The translations under genes and the position numbers were made by a program. DNA of 63,828 bases, counting the filler, from Choristocarpus tenellus KU-1152 (lineage: Eukaryota; Protista; Phaeophyceae): the NCBI GenBank assembly GCA_964200185.2. It is 10 parts of 10 records of this genome, joined end to end, with 100 filler letters (N's around TTAATTAATTAA, not from the genome) between each part and the next. Parts side by side here need not be neighbours in the genome. Positions count along the whole stretch, not along the records: positions 1 to 13,482 come from CAXNAD020001477.1; 9 more parts are not named here. One strand, given 5' to 3'. The notes below the pieces were generated by a model that saw only the letters and a program-made list of their open reading frames with translations, did not search any database and was not told where the DNA came from. Shown here in pieces: positions 1 to 11,095 of the stretch (position 1 is its first letter; each line of letters starts with the position of its first letter).

Positions 1-570
1 TAGCGTCGTTTTGAGGTTGTTGGATTAGAGTTGTACATCCTGGAAGGTGAGCATTGAGGGGCGCCTGTAACACACACGCCAATGTTGAAGCGCCTGGGGA
101 AACTTTGCAAAGGAATGGTCATCCCTTGCACTATGGAGGATGGCAGCCCATTTACTGCGGATAAGAATTTCTGCATGGGTCTCTGGTCTTCCATGCCGGT
201 GGAATCATGTACACCGGATCAGCTCCCTACTGAGACAAAAGCCTCCTCCTGGACGCTACATTTGCTGAAGTGCAGGCAGCATCTCACCTGCCTCACTCAT
301 CCACCAGCAATGGTGTAGGTGCTGCTGCAGCTGAGGCGCAAAAGTGCACCCACTACGAGGGTTCTTTTGATCCTCATAGCTTTAACCTTAACACCTTCGC
401 GGTGGAAAGTTTCGGGCGACTCGGTAAGCAAGTGGAAAGTTTTCTGGATGATCAAGCTACGCACGCGGTAGGGGGGAGAGGGACTGGAGGTCATAGGAGG
501 AAGGGGGGGTCAATATCCCGCCTATGACAAATAGTCTCTGTTATAATGTAGGTGGCCCTGTCTAGACGTG
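1..570 (+). mobile_element. Decayed 3' part of an RLE-endonuclease non-LTR retrotransposon (CRE/SLACS-like)
   Basis: Frameshifted ORFs 82-318 and 270-527 give LKRLG...GAAAAEAQKCTHY...TFAVESFGRLGKQVESFLDDQATH, matching the C-terminal restriction-like endonuclease region of early-branching LINEs. The same sequence recurs at 590-1385 and 54613-55200. Confidence 0.75.
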
Positions 571-589
571 CAATGTGTAATAATAAAAT

Positions 590-1385
590 TTTATTATTTT
601 GCCCTCTGACATTTTGGAGATGTGTTGTGGATATAACCAATGAAAACTATTCACATGTCAGAAAAATCCTTAAAAATGTAACAATTGTCATAAATGTGAA
701 ATTCATCCACTACAGTAGTATGTACTATTTTACTACCAGGTACGCTGCACCACTGTCTTCCTGTGCCTTCAACCTAGCATAGTCCTGCGCACCAGGGTCA
801 AAAGCTAGGGAAGCATCCCAAGAATCTAACAAGACCCTCCTTGCCCATCTCCCTGGTGTCTCCAGCTTAAAACGTGTGACACATCTAGATAGGGCTACTT
901 GCGTTGTGACTGAGACTATCTGACATAGACGGGATTTGACCCCCTCTTTTGTGCTGTAGCCTCCTATCCCTCTCCCCCCTACCGCTTGCGTAGCTAGCTC
1001 ATCCAGAAAACTTCCACTTGCTTACCGAAGCGCTCAAAACTTTCCACTGCAAAGTTGTTGAGGTTGTAACTACGAGGGTAAATAAAAAAGAACCTCGTAG
1101 TAGGTGCGCTTTCGTCCTTCAGCTGCAGCAGCAGCTACTCCATTACTGGTGGATGAGTTAGCCAGATGGGAGACTGCTTGCACTTCTGGAAACGTAACGT
1201 CTAGGAGGAGGCGTTTGCCTCAATAGGGAGCTGATCTGATGTCCGCTAGTAGTAGTGCCCCAACATTGAAGACCAGATAGATCCATGCGGAAATTCCTAT
1301 CTACTGCAAATGGACTACTGTCCTCCATAGTAGAAGGGATGTCCATTCCTTTCCGAAATTGACCCAGACGCTTCACCATCATATC
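590..1385 (-). mobile_element. Second decayed CRE-like LINE 3' end with 3' UTR and TAA-rich tail, inverted relative to 1-570
   Basis: The reverse complement matches 82-570 (VKRLGQFRKGMDIPSTMEDSSPFAVDRNFRMDL vs LKRLGKLCKGMVIPCTMEDGSPFTADKNFCMGL) and ends in AAAATGTCAGAGGGCAAAATAATAA. Confidence 0.75.
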
Positions 1386-1609
1386 GTGTAAAATTATTGG
1401 TATTGTGTCTCAACACTTAAAGTGGTAATTACTTGACTGCTAGGACAGGCAGTGTTTTGTTCCCCGATATAGTTGAAGTTGAAAAAAGCCATGTATTACT
1501 CGCAAAGGACTTCCCCAGCACATTTTAACTATCATATTATATATAAAAAATATTAAAGGGGTAAGATTGTGTAAGAATGAAACAAACCTAGTAGAACACA
1601 CTACTATAA

Positions 1610-1740
1610 TATTATTATCATTATGCCCTTTGACATTTTGCAGATGTGTCAGGGGGGAAACTAATGAAAACTATACATATATATGTCATTATTAGCCCTA
1701 AGGATATCAAATATACCAACTTATTGTAGGTTACCAATGA
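1610..1740 (-). mobile_element. Short 3'-terminal fragment of the same CRE-like LINE family
   Basis: ATTATGCCCTTTGACATTTTGCAGATGTGTCAGGGGGGAAACTAATGAAAAC matches 596-650 and 50178-50230. Confidence 0.7.
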
Positions 1741-2039
1741 TTGCTGATCTCCGTTTTGATTGGTCTGGTGGGTGAGTGGTGGGTTGTGTTGTGTTTCGTC
1801 ACATTTTGCGGTTACAATTGTTTTGCCTCTCCAGTTCACAATCGCTCCCCCGGAGGTGTATGTTTATCCTTCGGAGTGTCTTTTCAGATGGGCTATTCTA
1901 TTACAATGCATCATCACGAAAGAGCGAATAGTACTATCTTATGCCGCCTCCTCCTGGTAGTCCCCCCAAGACAAAAGGAGGAACAGTATACCATCAGCAG
2001 GTTCCTACAACAATATAAGAGACGGGAAGACTCCAGTGT

Positions 2040-4166
2040 ATGGGGGATCTAACCCTAAATTTGCTTGGACTCTTGGTGGAATGGGGGTGGATTGAGACCG
2101 AATACATCAAGCGCCTTCAGTTGGCTAGCTTGAGTGTCTGCATCGAATGTCGGAGAGAGGACTTGGCATTCCACTTGCGAGTTACAAAAGACACACCATC
2201 CTACCTGATTGAAGACAGAGAGTACTCGCAGGACGCAGATGAGACAATCAGATCATCCCGTGTGCCCACTTTACGTATTCGAGAGCTAACTTGGGAGCTC
2301 AGCTATCTGACACCCAGCAATAATGCCAACCAGATCTCTCGGTGTGTGAAATGGCCTTGTTATCCCCAGAAGATCAATCTTGGACGTAAAGTGGGAGGGA
2401 AAATGATCGGAATGGCGTGGGCAGCGGGACTCCAGTACTTGACATTTGGAACTCGGTTCAACGCAAGGTTGGATGGGATCGTGTGGCCGCCACATCTTCT
2501 GAAAATCACCTTTGGAGCTGCCTTCAATCAGCCCGTAGAACAGATTTTGTGGCCGCAAAAGCTTCAACACCTGAAATTTGGGCACGACTTTGATCAAGCT
2601 GTGAACCAGGTTATATTGCCAGCAGGACTTCATCACCTTGTTTTCGGATCAAACTTCAACCAAACTGTGGTTGCCACTGTATGGCCGGAAGGACTCGAGG
2701 AGCTGACATTTGGAGCACAATTCAACCAGTCTTTATATGGAGTTGTGTGGCCGGTGGGGCTCCAGAGGTTGACGTTCGGATGTAAATTCGACCAGGATGT
2801 CATGGGGGTGGTCTGGCCAATAGGACTCCAGGAATTGAATTTGGGATGCGATTTCGATCGAGAGGTGGTAGGGGTGGTGTGGCCTCCAGGTCTGCAACAA
2901 TTGACGTTCGGGTGTGATTTCGACCGGGGAGTTGTCGGGGTAGAGTGGCCACCAGGCCTCCGACAGTTGAGCTTTGGACGTAACTTCAATCAGGTGTTGG
3001 TTGGGGTGGTGTGGCCCGTAGGACTCCAGCAACTGACTTTTGGGTGTAACTTCAATCAGATGGTGGTTGGAGTGGTATGGCCGGAAGATCTTCAGCAGTT
3101 AACGTTCGGAGAACATTTCAATCAGGTGGTAGAGGGAATGGTACTGCCAGCTGGACTTAAGAAACTGACCTTTGGAGATCAGTTTGACCAGGAGGTAGCT
3201 GGGGTGGTGTGGCCAGAAGGACTTCAGGAACTATCATTTGGGTATTACTTCAATCGTGCAGTGAAGGACGTGAAATGGCCAGCAGGTCTCCAGCAATTGA
3301 CGCTTGTAGGTCACTTTGACCAGGATGTTCGAGGGATGGTGTGGCCAGCAGGCCTTCAGCGTGTGAGTTTTTCGAATTCCTTCAACCATCCAGTGATTGA
3401 TGTGGTGTGGCCAGAAGGTCTCCAGCACGTGGAATTTGGAACACATTTTGTCCAGCCTGTGCGCGGCGTAGTGTGGCCAGCAGGCCTTCAACAGTTGCAT
3501 TTTGGAATGTTGTTCAATGAGGCAGTGGAAGCAACAGTGTGGCCTGCAGGGCTGCGGAAAATAGTATTTGGGCGAAAGTTTGACCGGACTGTGAAGGGTG
3601 TGAAGTGGCCAGAGGGACTTGAACTGTTGGTTTTTGGAGCCAGATTCAACCAGCCGGTGGAAAGCGTGGTATGGCCAGAGGGACTATGTGAACTGCACTT
3701 TGGACAGAAGTTCAACCAACCAGTGGGTGATGTAGTATGGCCAACAGGTCTTAGGAAGCTTTTCTTTGGCTCCACATTCAATCAGGCTGTGAGAAGGGTG
3801 AGGTGGCCAGACAAGCTGCAGCAGTTGATATTTGGTTGTGATTTTGATCAGGAGATTGAGGGTGTAATTTGGCCATCGAGTCTTCAACAACTGACTTTCG
3901 GAGCATGCTTCAACCATGCTGTGGAGGGTGTGGTGTGGCCAGAAGAGCTTCGACAACTAGTCTTTGGAACACGCTTCAATCAACCAATGGATAAGGGAAA
4001 ATGGCCAATTGGGCTCCAGCAGTTGACCTTTGGACGTAACTTTTGCCAGGATGTGCGAAGGGTGCAATGGCCAGCAGGACTTGAGCAGCTGACCTTTGGG
4101 TTGCTGTTTAAACAAGAGGCAGAGGCAATGGTTTGGCCAACAGGGCTCAACCTGATGTTTATTTGA
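2040..4166 (+). CDS. Intronless FNIP/IP22-type leucine-rich-repeat protein, 708 aa
   Basis: Uninterrupted ATG-to-TGA ORF. A 104-aa N-terminal region is followed by tandem 22-aa units with consensus WPxGLQxLxFGxxFNQxVxGVV. Confidence 0.95.
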   Translation: MGDLTLNLLGLLVEWGWIETEYIKRLQLASLSVCIECRREDLAFHLRVTKDTPSYLIEDREYSQDADETIRSSRVPTLRIRELTWELSYLTPSNNANQISRCVKWPCYPQKINLGRKVGGKMIGMAWAAGLQYLTFGTRFNARLDGIVWPPHLLKITFGAAFNQPVEQILWPQKLQHLKFGHDFDQAVNQVILPAGLHHLVFGSNFNQTVVATVWPEGLEELTFGAQFNQSLYGVVWPVGLQRLTFGCKFDQDVMGVVWPIGLQELNLGCDFDREVVGVVWPPGLQQLTFGCDFDRGVVGVEWPPGLRQLSFGRNFNQVLVGVVWPVGLQQLTFGCNFNQMVVGVVWPEDLQQLTFGEHFNQVVEGMVLPAGLKKLTFGDQFDQEVAGVVWPEGLQELSFGYYFNRAVKDVKWPAGLQQLTLVGHFDQDVRGMVWPAGLQRVSFSNSFNHPVIDVVWPEGLQHVEFGTHFVQPVRGVVWPAGLQQLHFGMLFNEAVEATVWPAGLRKIVFGRKFDRTVKGVKWPEGLELLVFGARFNQPVESVVWPEGLCELHFGQKFNQPVGDVVWPTGLRKLFFGSTFNQAVRRVRWPDKLQQLIFGCDFDQEIEGVIWPSSLQQLTFGACFNHAVEGVVWPEELRQLVFGTRFNQPMDKGKWPIGLQQLTFGRNFCQDVRRVQWPAGLEQLTFGLLFKQEAEAMVWPTGLNLMFI
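2352..4163 (+). repeat. Coding tandem repeat: 27 x 66 bp plus a 10-aa partial unit
   Basis: From W105, 27 units of exactly 22 aa end at residue 698, followed by WPTGLNLMFI. No indels; the first unit is degenerate. Confidence 0.95.
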
Positions 4167-6567
4167 TGGACTAGAATTGGTCTCTACTTCTTCCTGACTC
4201 GGTTGATACACTGATGTGAAGGATTTGCAATGCAAAACGTGCGCATGTGAGGTGTTGGTCTGCTGCTGGGTGCATTGGGCACTTCGTTTGGGCCATCTGC
4301 CTTTTGATTTTTTCATAGAGTTGCAGCAGAAGGAATGCTAGTAGAATTTGTTTGAAAACGCGTACGTAGTGTATGTGTGTATGTAGGGGTTGATAGGCTA
4401 ATGATACATAAGGTGGGTAGGCTAGTAGCTCTACATGGGGAGTGCATAGCTTTGTAATGCAAGGCACTGTGCTGAATTACATGTATCAACTTTTCAGTGA
4501 TGAAGCTTATGAAATGTAGGTACCTGGGTGACTGCTTTTGTTCCAAAGAGGTCATCAGTACTGGTTGTATTCATCATAGGTTACAGTATGTACTATCACT
4601 TTCTTTCCTGGCTGACGTTTACCAGAGGAGAAGAACGGCAATATATATATCAAGGTGAAATCATTTTTCAATTACTTACGAGTCAGTGGTCAGAACAACA
4701 CTTAACTCGAATGCTACCTGTTTGTACTTATGTGTGCATTCCTGGTGAGCTAGTTTCTCATTTCCTATAGCATGTGCGGCAACTGAACATCACTAATTGT
4801 CGTATTGTGGTAAGGAGTGTGTAATAAGTAGTCAGTCATAGTCGACTGCTTGCCCCTGAATGACCCTAATAGCTTTGTTATTTAAAAAACTTCTTCGTCC
4901 CTGTCCTATTTCTTTTGCTTGCTGGTTTATTGAGAAATGAGAGGTAAGTACATACACATGTAGCACTGTTACGAGAAATTGACTGTTTGCAGTAAACATC
5001 CTGCCCTTCTGTGTGCCTTAGTGGATTTTATAGGCATCCCTGTTCATCTCCCAGAGAGCTATTCATTTTCACACTACACTACCTAGCAATAGCTGCAGAA
5101 GATGACTCAGAGTTATGAACTATTTGTGAAGGGCGTACGTGTCATTGTACTACTTACACACTGCTCATACACAGATTGAATTGAGGTGATGTAAAACATA
5201 CACAACAGCATACTTACGTACTCTGTATATCGTAGTCTGCAATAAAGTAGTAAAATTCTCTCTGTCCTAATGGAATTTCTCGTACTCCATGGCGTTGTGG
5301 ACCTGGATTGATAAGAATAAATTGTGTTTCAAGTACTTTTACAGTGGTAAAATGTCTGGAGTGGGTTAATGGTATCTCAGGGACATAAATATTTGCATCG
5401 ATACAGGTAGCCCAATAACTACTATTGACTCGGAAGGTGCAGCAGTACCTAACACACTAACATCATCGTTTACATATACAAGCAAGTTGTTCCAGGTCGT
5501 ATTGTTTTGGACAAAACCAAGGTCTTGCTGAAAAAGTGAGAAGGTTCTCCAATAGGCAATGGAAAAGTGATTAATGCCTAACATGTTGATGGCCCAGATT
5601 GGATAGGAATGAGTGTTTGTTGAGAAAGATGCCCCTCTCTGCTAGATGACCTCATGCTTTTTGTTCCTTCTCTCCAGCCTACCAAGGAAAAAAAATAAAT
5701 ACTTGAAAATAAAATACAGATATAGGACTCCTTCAACAACATAGGTTGCCTGGCACACACACGCACGTTGTGACTCCCTCTTAGCTTTGAGAAACTGCAA
5801 TCCGTAGAGTATATGTTAAAGTTATTGCCACCCACTAGAGAGGACACAATGTTCAGCACATTATGTAAAGCAGTAGTCTGACATGCGTGCTGAGGGCAGA
5901 TTATTGTGTCTAAAGAGTGTCATGTTTGGCATCGACTCTGGAATGCTTAGTAGACTCACCCATCTCCAAGACAATATGAAGAAAGGAATACCAATGGGAA
6001 AGAGAGTGTAGTTGGGAGCAGAGATTCATATGGATGTTAACTAGCGGAGATGGACAAAACCCTCTTCTTCTGTTGATTGTTTCCTAGTTTTGGGGTTTGG
6101 TCAGTAACTTTTCTGCAACCAAGTCCTCACCGTTGAAGTCTTGGTGACCTTGCATAGAGTGAGCTTTTCCTTGCATACCTAAATAGTCAAGCCAATGCAT
6201 ATATTAGACATGACCATCTTTGTTGCTTCAGGTCGTTCATTTGACAGGGGATAGACGATTTCCAGGCAACTTCGTACGTAGTGAAGTACAGGAATGAACT
6301 TTGTAACTTACATGGCAAGGTTGGTATGGATTTACGGCAACCTTTGTGTTTTATTAAGTTGAAAACATAAATTGAAAAGTGCATTGGGTAACAAACGGAG
6401 AAGAGTAATAACATACAATAGTTTAGTAGCGGAGAAAATAACACAAACGCCTTCCACAAGTTTACGTCACATATTGGCCATTAGAGAAATCGGGTGAAAT
6501 ATCCGGGAAAAGCTCAAACTTCGACTCACTCTGTGCTGACCTAAAAGGTACAGAGAGTAGTTGCAAC

Positions 6568-9500
6568 ATGAAGCTACACATAGAGGGAACGGGAGTTTTG
6601 GGATTGGCACTTTTGCTTGGGAGTCAGGCTAATGCAGCTTTCTCCGGCCCCACAGTCTCTGTATTGATTAAGGATCTGTCAATGCCCGATGGGATTCGCT
6701 CCCTCAACTTGCAAGGTCCGTGCACGTAAATGGCACAGCTAGTCACCAATTTACAGGATGCACATGGCGCTTTCACGCTTACTGTAGATGCTTTGAAGCT
6801 CTTCATTGCCCACATCCATTCCCTGCACATGCGCAATAAGGACTGTGCCTCAGGATATAGAAGGTTTGATATTGTTTTGCCTTCTGATTTCTTTGGTTTT
6901 GCCCCCCACTGGAGAGACCATTGTTGGTTGGTTGCACTTTTGTTTGTTAACAACTACAATGACGCTGTCCTATAACTTGCCCAAAGAGATTGGATTCCAG
7001 GGACTTCAGTTCTCGAGCTCATTGCGGATTTGAAGTGAGAAGTACGTGATCATTACCTTCATGAACGATCTTGCCAGGGCGAGGAGTCAACAGCTTGTAT
7101 TAATAGCCGTCCCCCCAACCAGTCGAATCTCCATAACAAATTTAGATAATTTAATCTCAACCTATCGCCGAACCGACCATTTATGTTTTCCTCGCGATGT
7201 CTTCCTGACGGTCGTCACCACTGGGTTTTCTTGCAACGCGATTGTTCTGTCCGCTCCACCTCCACTTTCTCCAGGGAACTATGACATGCAACTGTCGGAT
7301 GACGTTACCGCTAAGATGGCCTATTCCTTCAACAAAGATCGCTTTATGCCATCTGGACTGAGCGCCACGACGTTCACCGACACGTCGGCTGGGAGACTCT
7401 TCAGCACCTTTGCTGTGGACCCTCAGGTAGAAGAGACGGCACAGGAGTATGGGTTATAAGGGTAGGGGCTTGGCTGCACCTTCCCTATCCCTAAGAGTAA
7501 GGAAAATGGGTCACCATTTTGGTCAGTTCGTTATCCAGTCAGTGCCAGAAACGTGACGGATTGGCAATTCGGCTTGTGGTAACTGGCAGAGAAGGAGGCC
7601 TAACCCCGACCAGGCGGTTTGTGCTGTCGATCATTCATCATAAGTTGAACTAAGGCAAACATAACAGGGAGTAGAAGTACTTGTTACTGTGTTTGTATAT
7701 TTGACTATGTGCTGTAGCCAAGATTTGCCTTTAAAAAGGGTTGAGGTGCTACCGCGCAACTCTGCCATACCGGAACAATTTTTTTGACTGTTGAGTTGAG
7801 GTTGTGATTGCTGGAGCAGGACAGGTCTAGGGCAGTAAGTTCAGTGGAGAAATACCTCTCCTGTAGAGCCTAGACTTGAAACCAATGGGTTGGAATATAC
7901 CTGAGCTTGTTATGTTGTGCAGTTCCTGCATTAATCCAAATGTCCCATTTGACAAATTGTATGGTCTCCTTTTGGTTTGTTGCCATTAATCCTCCACCCT
8001 TTCAGGCAAAGAAAGCCACCTTGGACGCCACTGTCCTCAACAGTGACTATGGGACTTTTTCGACCTCCTATGTTGCGGATGGAAAGGTTGGTGCTTGCGG
8101 ATATATGTTTACTGTTTTGCATTTGTGTGTAAATTGCTTAGCTCACCTTAGTTTCCTTGTGTGAGTGGCGGACATTGTCAGAACTGTGGGGATTCACATT
8201 ACAGTAGCATCATCTGTTCAAGTGAGCCCTTCATGGCAAATCCTTGAAGACACATACGCAGTATTGGATGATGTACTGCAGTGCTGTGAGGCTACTCTTA
8301 ACATTTTGTGTTACCGCAAGATTTCATTTGCATGCAGGGCATAGTGGGTATGATAGGAGAGGATGTGGAGGGTTTGGAGGAAAGGATGAACGCGCAAAGA
8401 TGATCAGAGTGTTGATAACAGTATTTCGGTGCTGATGGTGTCCGGTTTCCAAAGATCTTACCCACTTTACCCACTTTACCCACTTTATTCCATATTTTTT
8501 GCGAGAACTGATGCATTTAGTGCGCTGCGATCATCCCTCTTTTAACAATCGTAGATATCACTTTTTTTTATGTTTTGGTGCAATACGACTTGTGCCAAAT
8601 TGTAATATGCCAAAATATCCTTGTTGGTGTTTTCTTGATTCACACCCCTGTTGAGGAAGTATGATGTGTCGGCACTACTGTGGCTGGGTTTTGATGGTTG
8701 CGTGGAAAAAAATGGTCTCCGTCTATTTTTCCCTCTGGGATCCCGTGGTAACAGAGTCCGAGATAGTTGTGAGCCTTTGCCTATTGTTTCATAGGGTTTT
8801 CCTTGCAAGTTCGTAACAGCAAAGCATGAAAGACCACACTTGGGTTTGAAGTCTGCAATTTTGCCTTACTCTGTGTGCTAGTTGTGTGCTAGTAATATGT
8901 AGTGCTACGTAACCCAACCGGATGAAATGCCACTCATGGTACTGTAGTAGTGTGCAGAGTGCAAACATACTGCTATTATATTGAAGAACTGAGGTGTTGA
9001 TTGTCTGACTGTTACACCAAAGCACTTTTTTCTCCCGTAGAGTGTAGTCTTCCTGCTTCAAGCATTAATTCAAGGGATCAAGTTGATGCTTGCCATTGTT
9101 GTCCTTGTAACATGTCCCCTTCCCTCCCATCCCCTCCCTGCAAAACTCGCACTTTGCACTCCAACTCTTCCTTCTCCCCCTTGTTGGGATGGGCGGATTG
9201 GACGGATATGACCAGGAAGGGGGACGATTTGGTCCGTTGATGTGGAAGAGTCTCCCAATGCCCTTTCCCTTTGCCAAAATTGGCAAGCCGAGGCCCATGT
9301 CAATGAGTGTCAAGCATGACATTGCTGCTAAGAGTGTCACTATCAACATGGCTGCTAGCATCTGTGACAATTTTGATGCCAAGCTGGACCTGTTACCTGA
9401 GGGGGAACCTGTGGTAACTCTTATTGGCTCCCGCAGGTATTATTTCATGCTATGTTGATCTTTCACTGAGTACGATATGGGAGATGATTATTCTTCTCAC

Positions 9501-11095
9501 TCAAGAAAGTGTTGGCGGAAGATTTTTAGGGTTCAGAAATGCCAACTGTCCATCACGAGTTGTGTCTGTCAAGTGTGAATGGAAGGAATACTCTGGGACA
9601 TGTGAGAATTGAGTAATTGTAATCACAATCATGACAAAAGAGTGGAAGAATTGACTTCCTCCGGGATGAACATCAGTTACTGTTTTTCCTAACCTACCCC
9701 ACAGCTGCTTGAATCTGTAGTGTGTATAGTGAAAAAAATATAATTTTTTGTGCATTTGTGTGTTTGTGCAGCAACACAAGGGATGCAGACCTTCCATGTT
9801 GTAGGAGATAAAACCCTTCAGCAAGGTTCACCTACTGCTATGCTACCCAATATTCCAATCCTCTTTCCCCTGCCCATGCTACTCTTCCCACTAGATCACC
9901 AATCCATCTCCAACTCCTCACACTTCTTCTTCCCCTCTTCTTGCCCACATCTCTTGCCCAGGCTAGACAAAGACTCTGTAGTGAGGGCATCTGGTAGCAT
10001 GCTTGATCTCCTTAATTCCGGGGTGGGCAAGGGAGCCTTGGGAGTCGCCTACTCAAGGGATCTGGATACAGGATCGGTCAGTGTCCTGCCCCTTCTCCTA
10101 CTTCAAGTATGCTTGCCTGTTTTTGTCGTATGTGTAGGTGGGGAGGGAAAAGTATCTGTATTTTGATGAACCAATATGTACTGGGTTTGAGTCGTAGTAC
10201 TATTTTTGTGTATTCAAAAGGCCTATATGATTGTTGTACATTGCTTGGTGTTTAGTGGGTTGCAAAATGTGGTTAGACAAGTGACAACAACGGCTTGTTG
10301 GCTCAGTATACGTTTTTGGTCAAGCCCCTCCCGCCCCTCCCTGTGCATTGGCCTGTTTTTCACCTCTTGCTGCTTTGACCTTACTCCCATGCTAAGATAT
10401 ATAGGCTGGCAATTGACATTTCTTTCTTTTGGAGGTGCAGTTTATGTTATTGTCAACACCGTGTCTCAACATTAGAGTACTCTTATCTTGCCTCCATTTG
10501 TAACTATTGAGTGGATTCAGCTGTACAAGATGCTTCATGTACGTTGGTTCAAGCACACGGTCAGCTAGGTGTAGAGACTATTATTGTTGGAGGTGTCTGT
10601 AAGCTCGGGTTTAGTAAAGGTCCATTTTCTCATCCGCACCCCAGTCGAATGGAGGTTTCATTTTCCTCAACCAATACATAACCACTATGTACTGGAAGGG
10701 CTTTAGAAGCACCTGGCATACATAATCTTCACATTTTAATTGTGGTGCCAATATACTCCAGGTTGTGTTCAAATGAAGACATGTGATCAAATTTTGCGTG
10801 CACGGGTCAACCAGGCTGCAGTTTTTGTTTGCAGACAATCCCACTCCTATTACCTTAACTTGCCATCTTCTTTAAGCCCACATGATCTTGCTGAGCCAAC
10901 AGTACCTTCACTCACTTACAGGGATCCTCATCACGCGTGCAGCTTGACACGAGGGACACCGGGGACTTTGCATGGAGCCTCACCAACACCACCCCCCGAA
11001 TGACCTTGGTTTTGTTTGGGAAGGGGAAACTGTGGCAAGGGGGAGAAGGAAAGTTCAGCTCGGTGTCAATCAAGCAAAGCCTGCGACTGTTCTGA
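6568..11095 (+). CDS. 6-exon, 296-aa protein with signal peptide and beta-barrel-like body (candidate plastid-envelope pore). Exons 6568-6715, 7275-7426, 8006-8086, 9216-9436, 9962-10076, 10922-11095
   Basis: All five introns are GT-AG with matching phases (1,0,0,2,0); exon total is 891 nt = 296 aa + stop. N-terminus MKLHIEGTGVLGLALLLGSQANA-AFSGP; C-terminus FSSVSIKQSLRLF. The gene model is well supported; the function is inferred. Confidence 0.8.

Noticed and set aside
2352-4163. FNIP array as a CRISPR array or diversity-generating-retroelement target
   Set aside because: The units are in-frame coding repeats with no spacers. No template/variable repeat pair, adenine-specific pattern or intact reverse transcriptase is visible; the nearby retroelements are decayed 3' ends.
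2286-4316. Antisense ORFs over the FNIP gene with repeating PxGHTT motifs
   Set aside because: These are shadows of the 66-bp coding repeat.
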